Source: Okamejei kenojei
Lineage: Eukaryota
Direction: 5' to 3'
Assembly (NCBI GenBank): GCA_035221665.1
Contig: CM069152.1
Coordinates: 18,724,001 to 18,788,000 of the forward strand
Length of the DNA stretch: 64,000 nucleotides
The notes under the pieces: generated by a model
Told to the model about the DNA's origin: nothing
Database searches by the model: none
The model's input: only the letters and a program-made list of their open reading frames with translations
Shown: piece by piece, positions 1 through 12,490 of the stretch
Numbering within the stretch: the stretch's first letter is position 1
Layout of the letters: each line of letters begins with the position of its first letter
Program-made: the position numbers and the translations under genes

Positions 1-360
1 TTAAACAATTTGCATGGTAATAAGGTAACAATTATCAGGGCTTATGTTGAAAGATACAAGTTATTACAACACGCCAATCACGAGTCAGGGGTCAGGCAGT
101 GAGCGGAGGAAGAGAATCCAGCTCAAATTAACATTCTGTCAGCTCCAGAAATTGGTCAAATAAGTCGAATTAATTCTTTGTAATAAAGAGGGAGAAGTCC
201 CATCGCCTGGGCTTGATTAAAGCCTCCCTGTATTCACAGACACGTCTCCGGTACTGCAGCCACAAAGCTCAAACTGAAAATGAAGCGTTTATTGCTACAG
301 GCAAATTCGGGTCCAGTGGCTACAGTTTACATTTAGTATTTATAGAAAGTTAAATTAAAT
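1..360. promoter_or_regulatory. Candidate conserved non-coding element upstream of Uncx
   Basis: Non-repetitive, non-coding, dense in TAAT/ATTA and ACAAT motifs next to a developmental TF gene. Conservation not tested. Confidence 0.35.
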
Positions 361-1062
361 TACGGTGAAAAGTGCGGCCCTTGGCCTCTCCGACCCCAAG
401 CATTAATACTTCCCTCCATTCCTATTACTCCGTCTCTTATAAGTCAAACTGTAAATTTGGTCTCTTTTAAAAAATATTAGTATAATGGCCGGCTCCATAT
501 CGGACTTTATGGCACGACGGCACCCCATCATTCAATTAAGAATCGGGGGATATTCGACCGGGCATTGCTTGCAAGCCGCGACACATAACGGACTTTAAAC
601 AGGTTATTTGTACTTTTCACGTTAATAACTCCCAGATATTGCAAAAAATAAAACAAACATCTCATTTCTTTCAATAGAGCCTTCTCTCGCTTGCTTTCCT
701 GCCCAGCTAAAATTTAGAGTAACGCGAGCTCGTTTTCAGCGCTGATTTCGTGTCAATACCAATTTTATTGGGTGGCTTTCATTTTAAAGCGTGATTTTCA
801 CCTTGCCCGGATTATTGCAAAAATGTAAATTTCGTCACCCACAGGCCAAGGCTTCCTGTACTGGATCTCTTCGTTGCCTGGGTGATAACAGTTTAAACTC
901 TTCTCTCTCCCCGGGCACCTTCTGCCGCAGGTATCTCATCCTAAATATATGTCTTGACTTGTGATGGGTTATCTTACTCCCGCACCTCACCTCCCGACCC
1001 GACTCTACCCCCTTTCCCGTCTTCCAGTCACCTCACGTGCTCCAAACAATCCCAAAGTTTTG

Positions 1063-1195
1063 TTTAGGAAGCAACTGCAGATGCTGGTTTAAACCGAAGA
1101 TAGACCAGAAATGCCGGAGGAACTCAGCGGGACAGGCGGCGTCTCTGGAGAGAAGGAATGGGTGACGTTTCGGGTGGAGACCCTTCTTCAGACCG
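1063..1195 (-). mobile_element. Penelope-like element terminal repeat with hammerhead core, single arm
   Basis: Matches the window-wide ~135-bp repeat (AGGAA.CAACTGCAGATGCTGG...GGTGACGTTTCGGGT..AGACCCTTCTTCAG). Confidence 0.85.
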
Positions 1196-2764
1196 AGTTT
1201 AGTTGGTGCGAGAACCATCCACTACAGCGGACGGGAGGGCGAGCGAGAAAGTTCAGGACTCCGTATCTCCTGTACTCAGCCTCGGGTCATCTTCCCGTCT
1301 TCGCAATAAATAAGGCAGACGGTTAACGCCTAGCCAACCTTTGCAATAATATTTGAGCAACTTTATTTTTCCCTCTCCCTCTTCGGGCGCAAGGACATGA
1401 CAAATCAAAAGCAATTGTCAACCAAAGCGGCTCCCCATCAATTTACCAAATTCAATCTGAGTTCGCGAAGGACGCGAAAAGATTAATATTCTCGACAGAA
1501 CAACGCCTAATAATTTTATTTTTAAATCCATTAAGATGAAGGGAAGATGAAAAGAATACGAAAGATGTAATCAGAAAGCACTGTATTAATAGAGCTTGTA
1601 CATTTTAAATTTAACGTGGATTCACTCATTCGGATTGTTTTCACATGGAAGGAGGGTGCAATTCAATGAATAATGTGAGTTTAATGTAGCACTGACTCAG
1701 ATTTAATTTTATTTATTTACAATTTATAGCCCCATTACCAGAAATATGAAAGGCCCGAGAGAAATAACATTAGTGTGCGCAACATTTTTTCTTAAATTAA
1801 GATCACTAAATTTCTAAACGAAGGCGATTAAAACCAGGACAACTGCAGTGCCATATTTCCTAATCCCCCAATCCCCCCCCCCCCCCCCCCCCCCCCCCCA
1901 TCTTTCCGGGACCATCTTCCAACCATCCCTTGTACCCGTGCGAAAGAATTTCTCCAAACTTTGTGTTTCGTAGGCTGCCGTCTCCTCTCCGTAATATGAT
2001 TTGAACGAATTAATTTTACTTAAAAAAAAAAAATCGGCGTTATTTCAAAGCAGCGAAATTCTTTGTCTAATTGTTTTCCTCTTTACAGCTCGGCGGCTGA
2101 GAGCGAATTTGGAAACTTCAATGGGGAATATAATTTAATTAGAACAAAGCTGGACCCGGGCTCATTACCATTAATCACCGGTTCAGGGAAAGTAGCTGAT
2201 ATTCTTTTCCAGGAAGAAAATATGTGGGGGAGAAAAATAATCTGCCTCCTTGCACCCCAAGCAGTGGTGTGACCTGCGTTTAATTAACACCGTCCTCTGA
2301 TTAATAATTCAATATTTACTTTTTGTTGTCGATATTTTCAATAAGAAGCGTGAGGCAGGTTTAAAGATTTCCCCATATATATATATATATTTATATGTAT
2401 CAGGCAGCGTCACCGTAGCTTTAAATATTCGAAGTGACTGAGCAGTCTAGAGAAAACGCCGAAGATGAAATATCATGTTCTTTTAAATGCATTGTGACAG
2501 CTTTGGAAACAGTAGCTGATGAATCCCCTATTATCCGATCAGTCTATTTGCCGCTCAATGTGTCGCTGTAATTGGCCCGACATCAGTTTAAAAGCTGACC
2601 GAGGAAATCGTTCCCTCTTTTCATAAAAAAAAAAAAAAAAACCCTGGACAACACGATGGTCAATGTTTGGGAGCGAGAAAGGGAAAATAATCTATTAGTG
2701 CGTGTTGTACGAGGATGCGGGAGAAATTGCATATGTTTACTCTGTACTCTGCCTAGTATTTAAC

Positions 2765-3030
2765 CAGGTACCAATCAACCAGCGGGAGCCAGGGCCCGTA
2801 CTCGTCAAATCTTCCTGCATTGTTTTGACAGCTCATATATTGTTTATTGAGGTGGATGTCATGTATAATTAGCGATCGATATGGAAACGTTTTCAAGCGG
2901 TCTTAATACCCACTGGTACCAACACACAACGACTATACGTCTCTGACGTCAGACGCGATTAACGTTTCTTATTGGTCCCAAATTCCCAAAGCCTGAGCTA
3001 ATTATTGGGTCCTTTATGTTCATAAAGTAA
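2765..3030 (+). promoter_or_regulatory. Putative Uncx proximal promoter
   Basis: CCAAT at 2771-2775, perfect CRE palindrome TGACGTCA at 2944-2951, inverted CCAAT (ATTGG) at 2971 and 3004, TATA-like CATAAA at 3021, all upstream of the ATG in CpG-retaining DNA. Confidence 0.5.
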
Positions 3031-3179
3031 AGACACATCCTCCCCGTCCACTAGCATGTCTACCGCTTTTCTACTTTTCCTGCATACATTTTTGAAGTTC
3101 ACCCAATTCCTTTAAGTGCAAGCATTTTCTGTCCCCTCTTTCTCTCCCTCGCCTCTTTTTTTTTTCCCCCTGCAGGGAG

Positions 3180-3435
3180 ATGATGGATAGCAGGATTCTG
3201 GAGCATCACCATGCTCAGTTCGGAGGTACCTTGGCCAGTATGGTAGGATTCCACTACCCCCTTACTCATCACCATGTGTACGAGCTCGCAGGGCACCAAC
3301 TGCAGTCTGCCAGCGTCCCATTCACTATAGACGGATTACTCAGCGGCTCCTGCACGGCATCTGTGGTCAATCCGTCCCCTCTGATGCCCACGGCTTGTAA
3401 CGTGAACGGGGAGAATCAGTCCTTCAAACTGTCAG
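3180..3435 (+). CDS. uncx: Uncx homeobox protein, coding exon 1
   Basis: MMDSRILEHHHAQFGGTLASMVGFHYPLTHHHVYELAGHQLQSASVPFTIDGLLSG matches the vertebrate UNCX N-terminus as recalled, including an eh1-like PFTIDGLL. Donor CAG|GTAAG at 3435/3436, phase 1. Confidence 0.96.
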
Positions 3436-4313
3436 GTAAGAGAGACAGAGAGAAAGAGCGAGCAAGAGAGGAGAGAAAACAAAGTATTTAGGCCTTAGGC
3501 CGGAAACCAGATCTGAAGCTTGGCGGCAGAGAAATAAAAAAAAAATAAACCAATATTATAGGAGACAAGCTAAATAGCATTGATACTACACTGAGGATTT
3601 CTCCCACAAAAGGTGAGGGGTGTGATACGAGGACGAGCTCGATGGCCTTGGTAACTCCTAGACATAGAGTGTACGGGAGGCTCGGATCACCGTGTTTCCA
3701 GCACACTAGTTTTCACCGAGATTGCTGCTGCCCCGAATGCGTGGGGACTCGGCTTGATATTTTGTTTGTGTGTCTGGGTAGATGGCCGTGGGAATCGGTA
3801 AGGCGAGGCTGTGGGAACGAAGCGCTCTTTGCCCGGGTTGTGCCTGTTAAAATATATATTTTTTAAAAACCCCCACATATTGTTTCCATCAGTTCCCCTC
3901 TCTTCCCGCCGGGAAGAGAAGCAGATCCACACTCATGCAGGCGCCTTGAAGCTGCTAACAATACACTGGGACAATGCACCTGCCTTTTCACAAATCTCAT
4001 TCGGTGCCTCGTACCGTGTGTCAACTGTTTGATTCAGCGTTTTTTTTTTACCATGGGGCTAATATGCTGCATTTTGGAGTTTCTTCAACAACAAATAATG
4101 CACTCATTATTAACTTGGACTCAAGTCGCGAAACCGAGTAGAATTTGAAAGAAAGTGCAAGGGAAAATGGTTGGAAGGCCCGTATGGGTTGGGAGGAATT
4201 TGTGTGATCCAGCCATGAATATGTGTGTGTGTGCGCTCTCTTTCTTATTTATTGATTCTGATCACCGTTTTCCATATCTTTTTTTTTTTTTTTGTGTTCC
4301 TCTCTCGTTACAG

Positions 4314-4489
4314 AAGTGTCGGATCCGGAAAAGGACACCCCCGGCTGTAAACGGAGACGAACGCGGACGAATTTCACCGGCTGGCAGTTGGAGGAGCTGG
4401 AGAAAGCTTTCAACGAAAGCCATTATCCAGATGTGTTCATGAGAGAGGCGCTGGCTTTAAGGCTCGACCTGGTGGAGTCTCGGGTTCAG
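4314..4489 (+). CDS. uncx: Uncx coding exon 2 (homeodomain helices 1-2 and start of helix 3)
   Basis: Poly-T tract plus CAG acceptor (4311-4313). G+AA restores Glu, then [58 protein letters not shown]. Donor CAG|GTAAA at 4489/4490, the typical paired-class intron between Q and V of helix 3. Confidence 0.97.
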
Positions 4490-6776
4490 GTAAAAAAAAC
4501 ACAAACCCAGACAAGCTCATTGTATCGAATGACTGTGTTACCTCGGGTGGCATGCTCCATCCAGTGCGTACAAAACGACGTAACATTTTACAACTCGAAT
4601 GGCCAAATTAAACAGATTAAATTCACATTTTAATACATTTTAATACATTTTACTGCACGATTTATTTTATAATTATTTTTCCAAGCAAGTGAAATTAAAA
4701 TTGATACAATGGTCAACAATGGTTCCACAGCAAGAGGAGCAAATTATTGATGACAGCTTTCCGATTTAAAACAACCGATTTTGCTAATCTTATTGGAATA
4801 TACTTCCGTATTTTAGTCCATCGAGGTTGTGTATTTTTGTATTTTAAAAAAAGCGTGCATGGTGTGGTAAGAATGAACACGTCCAGGCTCTTCGCGTTCT
4901 GCAATGAAAATGTCTGGTATTGAGAATGTGCTACTTTTGATGTAGGAATCGCCGTGAGCTGCTGTGTTTACCCCAGTGGGTGCTGCACACAACTGCTAAA
5001 CAGAAAGCTGTGTAAACACAAGAGTATTTTAATGGGAAGAAGCCACCAAACATTTAAATCAGTGGTTGTGATTCACCAAATCGCACTCGTTCCTTCAAAA
5101 CTTGCGACGAGAAGGGGCACTGCGTCCAGAATATTTTAGGAAAATAACTTTCTTTTTAGATGGAAATGTATTGCAAAAAAAAAAACAAAAAACAAAAGAT
5201 ACGAGACACTCAAACGCATGCAAATAACGGTAACAAAAAACGACCGAGGGACAAATGGCAAATATAAGCGTTTAAAACTGTATCTGGCTACAATCTAGAA
5301 ATAGGTACGGTGGCGTAAGGCTGAACGGGGATATCAGACCAAATACACAGGCGCTCCTGACCCCTCGATGTTCTTAAGCACTTTATCCAATTTGTTGATG
5401 GTTACTTAAGTGAGGTTTAGATGAAGTCGACAATGTTTATTTCCCTTAAGACGGTAATGAGTACTTCTCATTGACGGAACAGTTGGAACGACACAAAGAG
5501 AACTCCTTGTAAAACGATTATTGGGTTTACTAATTCGTGTTTAACAAGGGGCAGAATAAAAAGGCATTGTGCCCCCCCCCCCCCCCTCCTCCTCCGATCA
5601 CAGGGAATGTACGTGTCTTAGGAAAACCTTAAAAATCTTTAATTTTGTGGAAAAGAAAACACGTAAATAAGACGAGTTTACATTCATATTATGATGTTCG
5701 TAGGTGTGTGTATGCGTGTGTGGGTCTGTGTCTGTGATATATTCGTGGCTAAAATAACTAAAGCCTCCCGGATGATCTGAGGATAGGGGTAGAATTGTTT
5801 AACGCAGGAGGGGTGAAAGTGAAGGAATGATTTTAGTGGTAATTTGAAATTTAGAATCGGAGGTTCATTTGTTTGTTTGTATTTGGTTGTGGGAACTGTT
5901 CTTGTATTAATACACAGTCATAATTATTATTTGGGTTTTGAACTCCCTTTAGAATCATCACATCCGTTGTTTCTATTGTACTCCCATCCACACACCCCCA
6001 TACTGTTTTTTGATGAGGGCTGATAAATTGAGGGGCGGATTCAAGCTTTGATTCCACCCCCCTACCACTGCGTATCCAAAACAAACTGCTTCACTTGAAA
6101 TCGCAAAGCATCGATTTAATTGATAGAATTACACGCGAGATTAAATGCAATTCGTTTGTCAATTAACCTAATTCAAGTTTTCGTGTTGATTGTGTAAACA
6201 AGATGTTATTTACGCAGAGGGGAAGGTGAGGGGGAAAAAAACGCGGCTCCCAAACTTCCTCTCAAGCTAGAGGTACCAGAGTTCGTTCTTGCTCAATCTT
6301 TTTTTGCTGGGGTAATTTTGAAAGAACTCTCTAAAACAATCCAATTCAACTTCACCTTCCAATTCCCCCTTTATTTAGTCTCAACATTGTGAGATAGCGT
6401 TAATCAGTGTGTTTTTTTCCTATGTACTTATTCCAAACACAAAAAAAGGAACGAATTTTCTAAAGTATTTTGACGAAAAGACAACAAACATCCCCAACGA
6501 TGGATTAGGGCAGTTAACATTTCTTAATAAAAATGACGCTAACACTTACAAAGTGGTGTTTGACAATTTTTTTTTTAAGTGTTTATTTAAAATTAAAATC
6601 CTTAACTAGCAATTAAACCCCTAGTACTGGAAGCAGCAGTCTGGTCCCAGGCAGCCCCCGAATTGTGTTCAGATAATTTCAGCCCGAGCATAGATGCTTA
6701 AATTCATGACAGAAACTTTGCGGCGAGTGAAATGTGAAATTCGATTGTAATGCCATTTTCATTGTTCGGTATGTAG

Positions 6777-7826
6777 GTATGGTTTCAAAACCGGAGAGCT
6801 AAGTGGCGGAAGAAAGAAAACACGAAGAAAGGTCCGGGGAGGCCAGCGCACAACTCACACCCAACCACATGTAGCGGAGAGCCGATGGACCCGGAGGAAA
6901 TCGCCCGGAGGGAGATGGAAAAGATGGAGAAAAAGAAACGAAAGCAGGAGAAAAAGCTGTTGAAATCCCAAAACAAACTGCTTCACCCGGAGGCGGACTG
7001 TAGTATTGCCTCGTCGGGATCCGAGTCTGACAGCAGCCTGACCCATTACCAATCGGTCCGAGCGCAAGTGGAACCCGGCCAACTCTCGCCAAATGCCAAC
7101 AGGGTACAGCGCGAAGCGAACTGTGAGCAAACGGGGCCGAAACTCGCCCCGCACCAAAGAAACGCTTCCCAGAATCATGCCAGTAGATCGTCAGATCCCG
7201 AGTGCGATAGGGATCAACCTCCGAGCCATCCGTGCACGAACGGTCGTTCTTCCGACGTGACAAAGTGTGATCAGAAAAGTAATCCTTTCAGCGTGGAAAG
7301 TCTTCTTTCAGACACACCTCGGCGCAAAGCGCATTACGAATTCCCGGCCTTAGCAACCCCCAGAGCAGTTATTGGGAAAGGACATTTCCTACTGTACCCC
7401 ATTACCCAGCCCTTAGGTTTCATCGTACCCCAAACTAGTGTCCGGCCACCCCTCGTGCAAACTTCATCTCCCGTTGGGGCTGATACAATAACTCCAGCAA
7501 CAGACCAGGGACATTCCATTAACCCCGGGACCAGTTCAAACTCAACGCAGACCAGCTGTCCCGGGTCAGATTCCAGCCCCACAACGCAGAGCACCTACAC
7601 CGGGGCAAGTCCGAACCCAACACAGACTAGCTACTCCGGGTCAACTCAGAGCGCGACGCAGGCCAACTATCCCGATTCAAATTCCAAGCAGCCAGAATCG
7701 AGTAAACCTCAGGCCCCGGAGAGTCCAACTGTACTAAACCGACAAAGTCTCGACTCTCCCGGGCCAGTGCAAACGAACTGCCATCGAGAGCACATGACAG
7801 AGTGCGAAGAGGTAGACATGGACTGA
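6777..7826 (+). CDS. uncx: Uncx coding exon 3 (recognition helix and C-terminal region)
   Basis: TAG acceptor 6774-6776. Frame reads VWFQNRRAKWRKKENTKKGPGRPAHNSHPTTCSGEPMDPEEIAR (Q50 homeodomain), eh1-like NPFSVESLLS, GKGHFLLYPITQPLGFIVPQ and terminal EEVDMD*. Spliced CDS 256+176+1050=1482 nt, no internal stop. Confidence 0.97.
   Translation, partial: VWFQNRRAKWRKKENTKKGPGRPAHNSHPTTCSGEPMDPEEIARREMEKMEKKKRKQEKKLLKSQNKLLHPEADCSIASSGSESDSSLTHYQSVRAQVEPGQLSPNANRVQREANCEQTGPKLAPHQRNASQNHASRSSDPECDRDQPPSHPCTNGRSSDVTKCDQKSNPFSVESLLSDTPRRKAHYEFPALATPRAVIGKGHFLLYPITQPLGFIVPQTSVRPPLVQTSSPVGADTITPATDQGHSINPGTSSNSTQTSCPGSDSSPTTQSTYTGASPNPTQTSYSGSTQSATQANYPDSNSKQPESSKPQAPESPTVLNRQSLDSPGPVQTNCHREHMTECEEVDMD
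7524..7690 (+). repeat. Coding degenerate tandem repeat (36-39 bp unit, 4.5 copies) in Uncx exon 3
   Basis: Units PGTSSNSTQTSC / PGSDSSPTTQSTY / TGASPNPTQTSY / SGSTQSATQANY / PDSNSK. DNA units share nCC GGG ... ACR CAG. Confidence 0.8.
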
Positions 7827-8200
7827 ACAGGCCTCTCTAAAGTAACATCACAACTGCAAAGCAGACACAACAAAACAAAGAATGAGGAAAGAATGAGGAA
7901 AGAATATGGACTTTCGCGTATAGTTCACTAGATAAACATGTCCTTTCAACTTATTTAGTTTGTTTGCTTTGCAGATGGATGCTTGTGTGACATTTTACTG
8001 ACGAGAAGATGCGCTCAGATATTAAAAGACTATTAACCCGGCTCGCTTTTACTAAGCGGGGCGAAAACAGTAAATCTTATATATACACGGTCAACGTCGG
8101 TGTCCGAACGCAGTGTATAAAAACCAGGAATCCTCTCCTCTCATCGTGTAAAACCCAAACAAATGTATTAAATATTTATATATGATGTAACATTTTTATA

Positions 8201-8206
8201 AATAAA
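8201..8206 (+). terminator. Putative Uncx polyadenylation signal
   Basis: AATAAA about 375 nt after the stop, in an AU-rich 3' UTR and followed by GT/T-rich sequence. Confidence 0.6.
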
Positions 8207-8319
8207 AGTTTCTGTTTAAAAAAAAAAATCCTCTTTTGTCTCATATCTGTCAGTGTTAATATCTGCACAGGAGCCGAGCTGTTCTGCTCGAGCCTGTGTT
8301 TGTATTTATTGCTATAAGA

Positions 8320-9270
8320 CCTTTATTCATTAAAATGCTGTGAATCTGTGGTAAAGCCGGAGGGGCCGCGGTCCTGCCCGCTTCCTGCCGAGTTCTGATA
8401 TGAAAGTGATTATTTTCCCGATGGCAGCCGAGGTCGGGTTTAGCCCAAAGGGTTATTACACATTACCGATTTTATAGTGATATGAAATCACACAAGTTCC
8501 TTCAATAATAGAATTAGCATGAAAGGGCTGGGGCATAAAATTGAAATTGCAAAATAATAGGATGAGATGCGTGTGTGCATATTTGACTGTGCTGAATTGG
8601 TTGTGAAATGGGAAACCGTGGGTTGGAATTTTCATGAGATTTCCTTTGTCATGTATCTTGTAGCAGGCTATATTAAGATAGATGTTCGATGATATCCTTC
8701 ATTGTTCTGTCGCTTATATTGATGTTCTGGTGTTATCATCCTATTGATCATGTGTCGCCTGTAATAGGACAGGGAAAGCAAACGCGCCTCAACAAAAGAA
8801 CACATTTGTTCTAATAGGGAGGAGACCCAAGGGGGGAGTTTGCAAGATTCAGGACAGCTGTACCGAGGAAAAAAAAAGAGGGGCGATGGGGAGGGGTGGG
8901 GTGGGGGGGTGGGGGATGAGAAACTTTGCCAAAAACTCGCACCCAGTGTTGCTAACACCCCCCACCTCCCCCCATCCCCGCCTCATCAGCCGCCACCCCT
9001 CCCACGCCAATCCCCTTCAATTTACAGGGCACTTATGCAGTGTAAACTACATCAGTTCCCTGGGAATTAAAATCCCAATTATTAAAACCATTAATTTTGT
9101 CGAGTCTGTGCATAGTGGAATTATGTTTACAGCCTAGTTAAATATCGTTGATCCCTTCTGGTCATCGGGACTTTTATTTGCAAATAAATTGAATATAATA
9201 ATAAGGCCAGCTTAGTTCTGGGTGTGCGCAGATGAATTTCTGAGCTCCCGTTCTCTTTAATAATATTTAC
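8320..9270. promoter_or_regulatory. Candidate CNE cluster downstream of Uncx
   Basis: Unique-looking AT-rich blocks with homeodomain, Hox-like (TTTAC/TTTAT) and Fox-like (GTAAAC) motifs, separated by G/C runs; no TE remnants recognised. Confidence 0.35.
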
Positions 9271-10005
9271 ATAATTTTCGCTCGGTGTCTGTGATATTTG
9301 CTCTGCAGGACGCGACAGCTTTTGGAGAAAAAAATAATTAGATAAAAAAAAAGAGAATTTGTGTCGAGACGGACGTCACTTTAGATTCTAGGAGCCGAAA
9401 TGTACATTCTGTACAAATTCAGTTAATAGGAAAATGATTGTGTCGGTGTCCTTAAACCCGTCTCGCCTCAAATCCCTGACCCGAGTGGTCATGCTTGCCA
9501 TTTCTATATCGGTTTGGTACCAAAAGGTGGGGGGAAATTATAATCCGCGAAAGGAGGGGAAAAGCCCCGGCGTTTAAAATGCTATGTTGTTTTAAATAAC
9601 GTGAAATATTTCCCTGCCAGCAATAAATTGCGTCCTTTCTTCAATTTGCAGCTGTTCATTTTGTCTGTACAGCTCATGTTTTATTTATTTACAGCCATAA
9701 TGATTGCGGTTGTGAATGAGGCCGAGTATCGGTCGCTAGCAGACACATGTCCTTAAGGTGAATTAGTGATTTAGTTAAGCAGTTTACTCCAATGTTGGTG
9801 CTGCACTCAGCTCAATAGGGTTTTTTTTTTTTTTTGCTGAGCCTGAGGAGGAAGCTGTTTCTAGACAAACTATCAATCGATCTAGCTCGCAGTCTCCGGG
9901 AGATGTGTCCGCGATGAATCATACTTTATGAATTCAATTTATACCAAGAGAAATTTTCAATTTGAACGCTGGATCATTATGGGACTGTGCAAATTGTTTT
10001 TGCTC

Positions 10006-10153
10006 NNNNNNNNNNNNNNNNNNNNNNNNNNNNNNNNNNNNNNNNNNNNNNNNNNNNNNNNNNNNNNNNNNNNNNNNNNNNNNNNNNNNNNNNNNNNNNN
10101 NNNNNNNNNNNNNNNNNNNNNNNNNNNNNNNNNNNNNNNNNNNNNNNNNNNNN
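10006..10153. other. Assembly gap
   Basis: Run of N. Confidence 1.
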
Positions 10154-12059
10154 CTGAATATTAAGTTGCACGCAGAAAGGCGCAGTAATGGGGAGTGTGC
10201 ATGCAATAAGTGCAGATCACGGAGCTAATTTAGCACCTTGTGCGCTTCCATCTCGTTTTCTGATTTCCAAATCTCCAAGGACTGAGCGCAGCCCAAGGGC
10301 TGCACTCTTCTCTCTCACAACCGGTTCCAAAACGGCTGGTTTGTATTACAGAATTTCCAAATTAGGATATCAAGCTTAATTAATGGTAATTGAGTTCTTC
10401 AATACGTGTTATTTTTATTTAATAGAAACAAATTTGCACAATTAATTATGAACGTAATTTTCAAGAGCCCCATTTGCAACACATTTCCAAATTAGCTGAA
10501 GCAAATTAGATGCTTTTATTATTTCCCCCCCTCCTTAAGTGTTTATCGAAGAAGCATATATATTTTTTGGTTTGGACCCCTAGATCCTTACAGGATGATG
10601 AATTGCACAGGTTGGGAAGGAGCAGTTTATTTTGTGATTTATTTTTAACCTGGGGTTGTACAAGGCACTGACAGTTTGGACAAATTAGCAATCCTTCGCA
10701 GTCGCCTCTAATGAGAGGGGTTTATCTCAGCACCTCGCAGCTAGCGTGAAAAATTACCGCGTACTCAATAAGAGGTGTCGGATCGATCGGAGAGCAGAGT
10801 GTAAATTACAAAAAAAAAAAAAAAATCCTAACCACATTTAATCCGGAGACAAATTCATATAGATTAAAATAATACAGCTGCAAATGGGCGCGAGACACTT
10901 CGACTTCACAGTATAGGCTGGAGTCGCACCAAAGTAGACAGCTCTCTACAAATTAGATTTTCCTAGACAGCTTCACCTGATACAATTCCACGTCCTTTTA
11001 CAAAGAAAAAATTGTTGAAAAGTTAAAACAAAACATTATTTATTACAATATCCAAATTGATTAAACTGTTTAATTAATTGTTTTTCACGGGGTGATTTTA
11101 AACCGTCCTTTCTCATTTCAAAGATGTCTCATATATACCTTGCGAGGCTGACGATAGATTCTTATTAAGAACATAATTTATTTGCCCTGATATTGCACAC
11201 AGCTAGTGGGGAAACTCTCCAAGGAGTCTGGAATGAACTGTACATTTAGTCTATAACAGCATTGCTTTTATATTATAATATAACCCATGGTTGGGTGTTT
11301 ATATGTAGTATATTTGATTTCCCCCCCCCCCACCCCCCCCCCCCCCCCCCAGAAACGTCGTGAAATAACAGTGACGCTTTGTTTTTTTTTGATGTATTTG
11401 TAGAATTCTTCAGACAGTGTTTACAAAACCCGTAACCTGCAGTTTGATAACAACTCTCAGATAACAGAACTTGAACATCATAACTGTGTCAAATGCAGGA
11501 GAAATGTCCCCTAATGATTTAAATTTGTAGACTGCCAATGATATAGCAATGAGCTGCAATTTCCCAGTCCTGTAACTGAAACAAAAAATATCGAAACTTA
11601 AAATTGCATTCGGGATTGGAATCAACGGGCCTGTTTACCACGCTCGCTTTAAATCGGCTTTTAATTTTGCAACGAGCAAATAAAAATCTATCCGCTTCGC
11701 CGAAACGCTTCCGTAGAACGTAATCTCATATGCAATTTTTAAAGGAAAAAAAAAACTATTATTGGTAGAAAGACTTCTATTTTATCGCGGATGAAATTCA
11801 GCGTTCACACAGCCTCGGGATCCTGGAAATTTGTTTCGATTTTCCACACCTGATTCACTGAATTTTAATTTCCAATCCTCTGATCCCAGTTCCAGACCCG
11901 ACTCATATCTGAAAATAGCAATTATTTATTTCATGGGCGTTTGTTTGGCAGTGTATTTGTCGTCAAACATAATTTAGAGAATTCACGCTAGCACATTACG
12001 AACTATTAAACAAAGACAGTGAAAGGAGACTAGTTTGTTTTCATACATCTTTGTATGTT

Positions 12060-12490
12060 ACTAGGAGATGAGGACACCTGGGGAACTGAGGGACTCGTCG
12101 TAAAGCCACCAATTAAATTGTACGCTGATCGATAGAACATCAGCGGGGCAGACTAATAAGAAATGATTATGACTGTCGAAAATATGCAACCCCCGTAAAA
12201 TAGTGCAAATTTGCTCATACTTGTCACCAATAAGGGTGACGACTATTTTTTTTATTAAACGGGATTTTGTTTCGGGGTGGGGGTCGTTAATATATATGAA
12301 GGTTATTAATTTATACGCCTTGACTTGATGTAAAGGTTCAAGCTGGCTAATGCCGGCCATAAACACGTTAGTTACAGACACACGCAGGCGGTGAGGTATT
12401 TATACAGAGAATAGTAATGTAATAGTTGCTGCTGGGTATCACAGTCCATTTAAATAATTAGACGCTGTCTCTCTGTGATAAAGGTTTATC
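12060..12490. promoter_or_regulatory. Candidate CNE/enhancer
   Basis: GTCGTAAA, CCGTAAAA and CCATAAA (posterior Hox/Cdx-type) plus many TAAT cores within the TE-free block. Confidence 0.35.

Noticed and set aside
1873-1899. Long poly-C/poly-G runs (many in the window) as functional G-quadruplexes
   Set aside because: They occur throughout, including inside TEs; homopolymer lengths are unreliable and there is no positional pattern.
6771-6782. AG|GT recursive splice site at the exon 3 start
   Set aside because: GTATGG is forced by the conserved Val-Trp codons of the homeodomain, and the intron is short.
6785-7594. Antisense ORFs over Uncx exon 3
   Set aside because: Shadow frames of a GC-rich coding exon.
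9928-10228. ORFs spanning N runs (also 32691-33153)
   Set aside because: Artefacts of assembly gaps.
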